Positions 58,610 to 64,000 of a DNA stretch of 64,000 nt are shown in pieces. The position numbers and the translations under genes are program-made. How positions within the stretch are numbered: position 1 is the first letter of the stretch; the number at the start of each line of letters is the position of its first letter. Origin of the DNA: Spirochaetia bacterium (GTDB lineage Bacteria > Spirochaetota > Spirochaetia > DSM-2461); the NCBI GenBank assembly GCA_963666985.2, contig CAXXIA010000001.1, forward strand, positions 928,001 to 992,000. The letters are read 5' to 3'. Under the pieces are notes generated by a model. That model did no database searches and was not told the origin of the DNA. It was given only the letters and a program-made list of their open reading frames with translations.

Positions 58610-60660
58610 TGAGTTCCTCTCTGAAGCAATTCGCGCGCGCCCGTATGATCGGGATCTTCGAAAGCCGCTTTCTCAGCGCTTTCCATCGCCTCTCCAAGTC
58701 TGTTGAGCTTTATAAATATAAGAGCTTCGAGATAATGGATTTGCGCCGAATCCCGGTTTCTCTCATCTCCATCGTTGTTAAGAATCAATGAAGCTTCCTG
58801 TAAATCACTGAGAGCGTTCTCAAGGGTTTTAACGGAAGCGCTCCTCAGAGTCGCAGAAAAGGCCGCTCGGGCCTCACGGCCCTTTCTGCCGCCGGAGGAA
58901 AGAGTTTTTCCATAATCCTTGAGATCTTCCCGTTCTCTGAGAAGTACGCGGATTCTGTCGGCCGCAGGAGAATCGTCCCTGTACGGAGAATAAAGCGGAG
59001 ATTCCAGAAGCGCGTAGAGAGACGCGTCATAAAGATCCATATCGGCCGTTCCGGCATTTCCTCCAAAGTATTCGGCACCCGCCGAAAGAGCCTCGGAGGC
59101 ATGAGAGGCAAAGAGAGCCGCATCGTGGAGCGCCCGCCAGGTTTGATTCTCAGCGGCGTAATCGGTGAACTCGCCGTATGGAGAAACCCCGCCCGGTTCC
59201 GAAGGCAAAAGATCAATCAATGCGATTCCCCGAACGGCATCGGAAGCCAAACGCCATGAGAGAACCCAAGGATCGTCGGGTTTAAACTTCCGGTATCTGT
59301 CGACGGCGACGTCTACGGAATCCAGATTCTTTCTCGACGACATATAATCCAGCACAAAGGCGGTAATCATTCTGGCGTCGGCATCTTCTATATCGCTTCG
59401 CGCATTGGTTACCGCATCGAAAAGTTCCCACATACGGGCCTCATAGAGCCGCGGAGAGATGGTTTCGGGATCGACGATAACGGAAGTTACTCCCAGAACG
59501 GGATCGCTATTCGTTTCCGATGTTCTTACGAGCCTTCTCGCAAGAGCCGGTTCGTTATGAAGATTCGCTTTGGCCCACGAAGCTTTAACTTCGGGAACGG
59601 AAGGGAAAAGAGACAAAGCCTCATTCAGATACAGCTCTCCATCACGGATTCTTCCCGAAGAGAACGCCGCCGCGGAGGAATTAATCCAAAGACGCCAGGA
59701 ATCCTTCGGGTAACCGCTTTCTTTCGCCGATTCTCTTAAAAGTTCCATCGACTGACTCCAGGACTCGGCGGCCTTTTCGCGAAGCGTCTCATCCGCATTC
59801 AGTTCGTAAGTTTTCCAGTAGAGATCGCCGAGAAACTGCATCATCGTCCAGGATTCAACCCGCCGCCTTTGGGCATCGGCTATTCGAGATTCGATCCATT
59901 CCACGGCTTTAGAGGTTCTTCCCGAATCGTAAGAAATCCATGCGGCCGCCTCGGCAACGCCTTTTTTAGATGCAATGAGCGGCGATGCCCATGTTCTTCT
60001 TTCGCCTTCAAGCTGAGAAATGTTCTCATAGGCCTTTTCGGGACGGCCGTGCAGCATCCACAGAAGCGCCGCGTCAAAGGTCAGTTCCGCAGACTCGGTC
60101 AGCAGAGCCGCGTTTTCCATGAATTCAGGATCATTATGCGCATCGATTTCTTTAATAAAGGATTCGACGGAATCTTTGCCGCCTCCATACGCATTCAGAA
60201 GACGGATTTCCGCTCTTAAAGAAGACCATTCGGCGGTATTGAGATTTTCCTGATAGTGAACGGCTTTTTTTATATTTCCCGATCTGAGGAGTGCCCAAAC
60301 CCAAGAGGCCAAAAGATCCTGATCTCCCGGGACGGAGGCCGAAGCTCTCCCCGCAAGAATCCTGAAAAGCCGATAATCGAGTTGATTCTTCGCATCCGGC
60401 AATGTTCCCAACGCGGCGAGATTCAGGATGCTTTTCCACTGGGCGGCCGATGAGGCATACCGTGAGGAGCGAAGCAAATCTCTTTTAAGGCCGGTAAGGG
60501 AACCTTCTTCCAGCGAATAAGCCGCCGAAAGAATCGACTCCTCAAACCGTCTTTCGGCCGGAATCTTTAAGAGCAGCAGCGTGATTGTAACGGCGAGAGC
60601 CGCCAGCATGAGGGCCGCCGCCAGGATGGGCAGGTGCCGACCGCCTCCCGCATTGTTCAT
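58606..60660 (-). CDS. Membrane-anchored helical/TPR-like hypothetical protein
   Basis: N-terminal TM segment and a long helical body; lies between nusB and map. Start probably ATG 60660. Confidence 0.75.
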   Translation of the reverse strand: MNNAGGGRHLPILAAALMLAALAVTITLLLLKIPAERRFEESILSAAYSLEEGSLTGLKRDLLRSSRYASSAAQWKSILNLAALGTLPDAKNQLDYRLFRILAGRASASVPGDQDLLASWVWALLRSGNIKKAVHYQENLNTAEWSSLRAEIRLLNAYGGGKDSVESFIKEIDAHNDPEFMENAALLTESAELTFDAALLWMLHGRPEKAYENISQLEGERRTWASPLIASKKGVAEAAAWISYDSGRTSKAVEWIESRIADAQRRRVESWTMMQFLGDLYWKTYELNADETLREKAAESWSQSMELLRESAKESGYPKDSWRLWINSSAAAFSSGRIRDGELYLNEALSLFPSVPEVKASWAKANLHNEPALARRLVRTSETNSDPVLGVTSVIVDPETISPRLYEARMWELFDAVTNARSDIEDADARMITAFVLDYMSSRKNLDSVDVAVDRYRKFKPDDPWVLSWRLASDAVRGIALIDLLPSEPGGVSPYGEFTDYAAENQTWRALHDAALFASHASEALSAGAEYFGGNAGTADMDLYDASLYALLESPLYSPYRDDSPAADRIRVLLREREDLKDYGKTLSSGGRKGREARAAFSATLRSASVKTLENALSDLQEASLILNNDGDERNRDSAQIHYLEALIFIKLNRLGEAMESAEKAAFEDPDHTGARELLQRGTQ

Positions 60661-60664
60661 AATG

Positions 60665-61072
60665 TTAGGATAGGGCCGCTTTACGGATACCGTCAAGAAC
60701 ACCGTTTACAAAACGGTATGATTCGGGAGAACCGAATTTTTTCGCGATTTCCACCGCTTCGTCGATTGTAACGGAAGCGGGGATGTCGTTTTGATGCATG
60801 AGCGCATAGGCGCTTGTTCTCAGAAGAGCCAGATCAACTTTGGCGAGCCTTTCGAAGCTCCATTTTTTCAGATTTATTCGAATCTGATCGTCGATTTCAT
60901 CCAAGTTGTCCAAGGTTCCGAGAACCAGAAGCGCCGCGAATGCTTTTGTAGGTTCATCCATATCGCGGTCTATCCAGCCGAATCCAAGGAGATCTTCCTT
61001 GTCCGGATGAGATTCATCCCAGGCGTAGAGTGCCTGAAACGCCGCGATTCTTGCTTGCCGGCGTATCCCCAT
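60665..61072 (-). CDS. nusB: Transcription antitermination factor NusB
   Basis: RRQARIAAFQALY, WSFERL..VD, VTIDEAVEIAKKF, FVNGVLD. Confidence 0.96.
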   Translation of the reverse strand: MGIRRQARIAAFQALYAWDESHPDKEDLLGFGWIDRDMDEPTKAFAALLVLGTLDNLDEIDDQIRINLKKWSFERLAKVDLALLRTSAYALMHQNDIPASVTIDEAVEIAKKFGSPESYRFVNGVLDGIRKAALS

Positions 61073-61079
61073 ATCGAAT

Positions 61080-62117
61080 TTAGCGGTATTCCCCGGTGTA
61101 GACGATGTTGGCCTGCTTCCGAAGAGAATCCACGATTTCTCCGGTTACTTGAGCGAATTTCTCCTGATATTTCCGGGCGAAGATAATCTGCTCCAATTGC
61201 ATTTTTACTTCGGGATCGTCTATGGGAAGCAATTGCGCCGCTCGTTTTTCCTTCATTCGGATAATATGATAGCCGACGTTCGACTGCATCACGGGACTGA
61301 TTTGGTTGATTTCCATCGCGAAAATCTGATCCATGAACTCGGAACCGTATAGCTGCTCCACGGTCGCGTCGCTTTTCATAACAGGACCGACTCTCCCTCC
61401 CCGCGCCTTGGAGATTTCATCATCGGAATACTGCGCGACCAAATCTTCGAACGTTGCCGAAGTATTCATCAATTTTCGGTAGACTTCTCTGGCCTCAACG
61501 CCCTTCGCGCGCGCTTCTTCGGGAGTTGATTGATAGGTTTTGAAAAAAATCTGATCGAACCATACCGTTTTCGATACGGTGAAGCTTCTTACATTTCGTT
61601 CGTATTCGTCTTCAAGCTCGCTTGCTGTGGCTTTGCCGATGCTTTGAAAATCCGCTTGTCTGCGTGTTGTGATGTATTTTTCGGAAAGAAGCTGTTCGCG
61701 GACTGTTCGCATAAACTCATCATAATTTCCGCCCTGCTGCTGAATAACCTGCCGCATCTGCATCTGGTCCGTTAGGAACGCGCCTTGGGGAATGGCCCCG
61801 ACGGCCTGCAGCTGCTGGGAAACAATCTGCATCGCGGCTTGCAGAACTTCTTCGTCGGTAATGGAAACGGAACGATCGGCTTCCGCGGCTTGAACGACAA
61901 GCTTCTGATCGATCATCTGTTCGAGAATCTGCTTTTTCTCTTCGGCGGTAAGACTGCGCCCCTGGCCCTGTTCCAGGGCGGTAATGGTTTCGTTCAGCTT
62001 GCTTTTGAATATCGGCTCCGTTTTATTCAGCCTTACCGTGGCCACCGCCATATCCTGCGACCAAAGAGACACGGTAAAAAGGAACGCAATGGAAAGAAAT
62101 ACAACGATCTTTTTCAT
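61080..62117 (-). CDS. SurA-like PpiC-type peptidyl-prolyl isomerase
   Basis: Signal peptide, SurA-N-like region, FEDLVAQYSDD..SKARGG..ISPVMQSNVGYHII. Start at 62117 after GAGG. Confidence 0.88.
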   Translation of the reverse strand: MKKIVVFLSIAFLFTVSLWSQDMAVATVRLNKTEPIFKSKLNETITALEQGQGRSLTAEEKKQILEQMIDQKLVVQAAEADRSVSITDEEVLQAAMQIVSQQLQAVGAIPQGAFLTDQMQMRQVIQQQGGNYDEFMRTVREQLLSEKYITTRRQADFQSIGKATASELEDEYERNVRSFTVSKTVWFDQIFFKTYQSTPEEARAKGVEAREVYRKLMNTSATFEDLVAQYSDDEISKARGGRVGPVMKSDATVEQLYGSEFMDQIFAMEINQISPVMQSNVGYHIIRMKEKRAAQLLPIDDPEVKMQLEQIIFARKYQEKFAQVTGEIVDSLRKQANIVYTGEYR

Positions 62118-62220
62118 GTAAAACCTCATGTCGGGGTTAGTGTATCCCGAACCGGGGGAAACTTCAGCTCAAAGTCTGTTGGAAATCCGATGTCTTTTAA
62201 CCCGCGGATTGCTTATCGAT

Positions 62221-62258
62221 ATGAAGCCGAGCACCGATTGCTTCGGCCTCGGCTTCAT
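62221..62258. repeat. Strong intergenic hairpin
   Basis: ATGAAGCCGAG/CTCGGCTTCAT 11-bp perfect inverted repeat with an inner CCGA/TCGG stem. Confidence 0.7.
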
Positions 62259-62437
62259 TGGAGAGAATATCGGATTTTTTAAGAAAGACTCCCTCCGACT
62301 CAAGAATTTTCATCAAGGAAGCTAATAAACGGCCTTTTCTGAGGCCTTTCGCATCAATAAAAGAATAGCATCGTTTACCGGGCAAATGGCCCGCGGAACG
62401 AAGAAACACTTTCAGCCCTTCGGGGACATCTTTCGCG

Positions 62438-62622
62438 AAAAAAGACGGCGCGGTTGTACCGACGGCGATATATCCGAAGGACGTAAGTGAAGTTCCCGCC
62501 TCGGTGGTCGCATCTACGACAGTGACATCATGCCCCTGAGTCTGAATACCTTTGGCAAGGGCCCGAACAACGTTTCCGAAACCCTTCGACCGAGTCCTGT
62601 CAAAATGAACAACCGCGACTCT
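62438..62622 (-). ncRNA. Candidate structured non-coding RNA downstream of secG (family not recognised)
   Basis: 9-bp terminal stem (62449-62457 with 62609-62617), nested internal helices, and a T6 run at the minus-strand 3' end. Confidence 0.5.
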
Positions 62623-62643
62623 CAGTGCTCTATCCTCAACCGC

Positions 62644-62970
62644 TTATTCGACGACTTCATCCGCAGGCTGTTCCAGGAACCAATCCTGACCGCCCGCCGC
62701 AGCACGACGTGATTCACTGATGACGTTATCGGTTTCTCCCGATTTATAGGCCATGGCCACCGCCAGAGAGGAAACCATGAACAGAACTCCGAGAATCGCC
62801 GTAGCTTTCGTAAGAACGTTTCCCGTGGTGGCTCCGAAAGGTGTTGCTCCGCCGCCGCCGAACAGTCCTCCGAATCCTTCACCCTGTTCATCCTGAAGCA
62901 TAACCAAAGCGATTATCAATACAGACGCTATGGCGAAAATAACAAGAAAAATCGTTCCGATGATACCCAA
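62644..62970 (-). CDS. secG: Preprotein translocase subunit SecG
   Basis: TM-LQ..G.G.GG.FGG..FG..NVLTKAT-TM. TTG start after GGAG; follows tpiA. Confidence 0.94.
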   Translation of the reverse strand: MGIIGTIFLVIFAIASVLIIALVMLQDEQGEGFGGLFGGGGATPFGATTGNVLTKATAILGVLFMVSSLAVAMAYKSGETDNVISESRRAAAGGQDWFLEQPADEVVE

Positions 62971-62991
62971 AATAGTTCTCCGTTTCAGCGA

Positions 62992-63753
62992 TCAGCCGCT
63001 AAATGCGACGATACTCGCGAAAGATTCAGCATCCAGAGATGCACCGCCGACCAGCGCTCCGTCGATATCCGGCTGTGCCATTAATTCGGCGACATTATCC
63101 GGTTTAACGGAACCGCCGTATTGGATAACGACCGAATCGGCGACAGACGCAGAGTATAACGCGGCGATCTTGCCTCGGCAAGCCTTATGAACGTCTTGAG
63201 CATCGTCGGGGGTGGCTGTTTTTCCGGTGCCGATGGCCCAAACCGGTTCATAAGCGATAACGACGTTCTTCATATCCGCAGGGGTCACTCCCGCCAGGCC
63301 GCCTTCAAGCTGTCCGAAACAGACATCCTCAGCTTTGCCGGCTTCCCGTTCTTCAAGGGTTTCGCCGATGCAGAGAATCACTTCCATTCCATGAGAGAGC
63401 GCCAATTTCACTTTGGCGTTAATCAGTTCATCGGATTCTCCGTACACATGGCGTCTTTCGCTGTGACCGAGAATAACGGAAGTTACTCCAAGCTCCTTGA
63501 GCATCAGAACGGATGTTTCCCCGGTGTGCGCGCCGGATTCCACGGAAGCCATATTCTGCGCGGCAAGCGTTACATCCGAACCCGCAAGAACTTCCGATAC
63601 GGCGGGAATGCAGACGAAGGAAGGAGCCACCATCTTTCGCGCTCCGGGGCTTACCTTCATTTTTTTTACGGCATCGGCAAGTTTTTTCGCCTCGGACGGG
63701 GTTTTATTCATTTTCCAGTTTCCGGCCATAAGATATTCTCTGGACATCTTCAT
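62992..63753 (-). CDS. tpiA: Triosephosphate isomerase (start may be 63747)
   Basis: AGNWKMN, GHSERR, AYEPVWAIGTG, YGGSVK, GALVGGAS. Confidence 0.98.
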   Translation of the reverse strand: MKMSREYLMAGNWKMNKTPSEAKKLADAVKKMKVSPGARKMVAPSFVCIPAVSEVLAGSDVTLAAQNMASVESGAHTGETSVLMLKELGVTSVILGHSERRHVYGESDELINAKVKLALSHGMEVILCIGETLEEREAGKAEDVCFGQLEGGLAGVTPADMKNVVIAYEPVWAIGTGKTATPDDAQDVHKACRGKIAALYSASVADSVVIQYGGSVKPDNVAELMAQPDIDGALVGGASLDAESFASIVAFSG

Positions 63754-63799
63754 TTTCTCCTTGATTTTGTTAATGTTTCGGCTGCGTCAACCGCAGTTT

Positions 63800-64000
63800 C
63801 TAAGCTCTGAGGGCGACGACTCCGGGAAGAGCCTTCCCTTCCAGGTATTCCAGCGAAGCTCCGCCGCCCGTGGAGACGTGATCGATCTTGTCCGCGAGGT
63901 TGAATTTGTTCACGGCAGCCACGGAATCCCCTCCTCCGACAACGGTCGTGCCCTTGCAGTCGGCCACCATTTTCGCCACTTCAAGAGTTCCTTTGGCAAA
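63800..64000 (-). CDS. pgk: Phosphoglycerate kinase, C-terminal 66 aa (truncated at the right edge)
   Basis: Manual translation [36 protein letters not shown] stop at 63800-63802. Confidence 0.96.
   Translation of the reverse strand, partial: FAKGTLEVAKMVADCKGTTVVGGGDSVAAVNKFNLADKIDHVSTGGGASLEYLEGKALPGVVALRA

Noticed and set aside
62438..62640. Assigning the secG-downstream RNA to the TPP, lysine or cobalamin riboswitch families, 6S or SRP
   Set aside because: Only isolated short matches (CTGAGAG, ACTGTC, GTCACTG..GGGAA, CCACC..GGCGGG). The remaining required cores are absent, so it is left unassigned pending cmscan.

Overview
Core chromosomal region of a spirochete, probably a free-living Spirochaetaceae/Spirochaetales member. 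The assignment is inferred from gene families and order: the block SurA-like PPIase, nusB, TPR-like protein, map, htrA, PRTase resembles Borrelia BB0108-BB0103 as I recall it; folD is divergent from a TP0733-like beta-barrel; and there is a long-form thymidine kinase and a pallilysin-like lipoprotein. The window runs from a truncated mfd to a truncated pgk and holds about 55 genes. These include metK, a ProU-type osmoprotectant ABC system with a divergent EctR/CosR-like MarR regulator, leuCD, a nucleoside uptake/salvage neighbourhood (BMP ABC system, deoB, tdk, udk, deoD, rpiB), a sugar ABC cassette with LacI-type operators, purB-guaB-purA-guaA, tRNA-Gly(TCC), and pgk-tpiA-secG. I see no CRISPR array, transposase, integrase or prophage. 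The most notable signals are: (1) an unexplained, multi-branched ~185-nt candidate ncRNA just downstream of secG; (2) a near-exact EctR-type operator on the proX promoter; (3) PurA with the GTP-specificity motif TKLD changed to SHLN; (4) several exported proteins with a Cys-less (F/W)-(A/G)-x-G motif where a lipobox would be expected; (5) an SprT-like HExxH protein fused to a DUF3102-like HTH; (6) tRNA 3'-end-linked tandem repeats; (7) recurrent apparently leaderless promoters. All family assignments come from motif recognition by eye; no searches were run.
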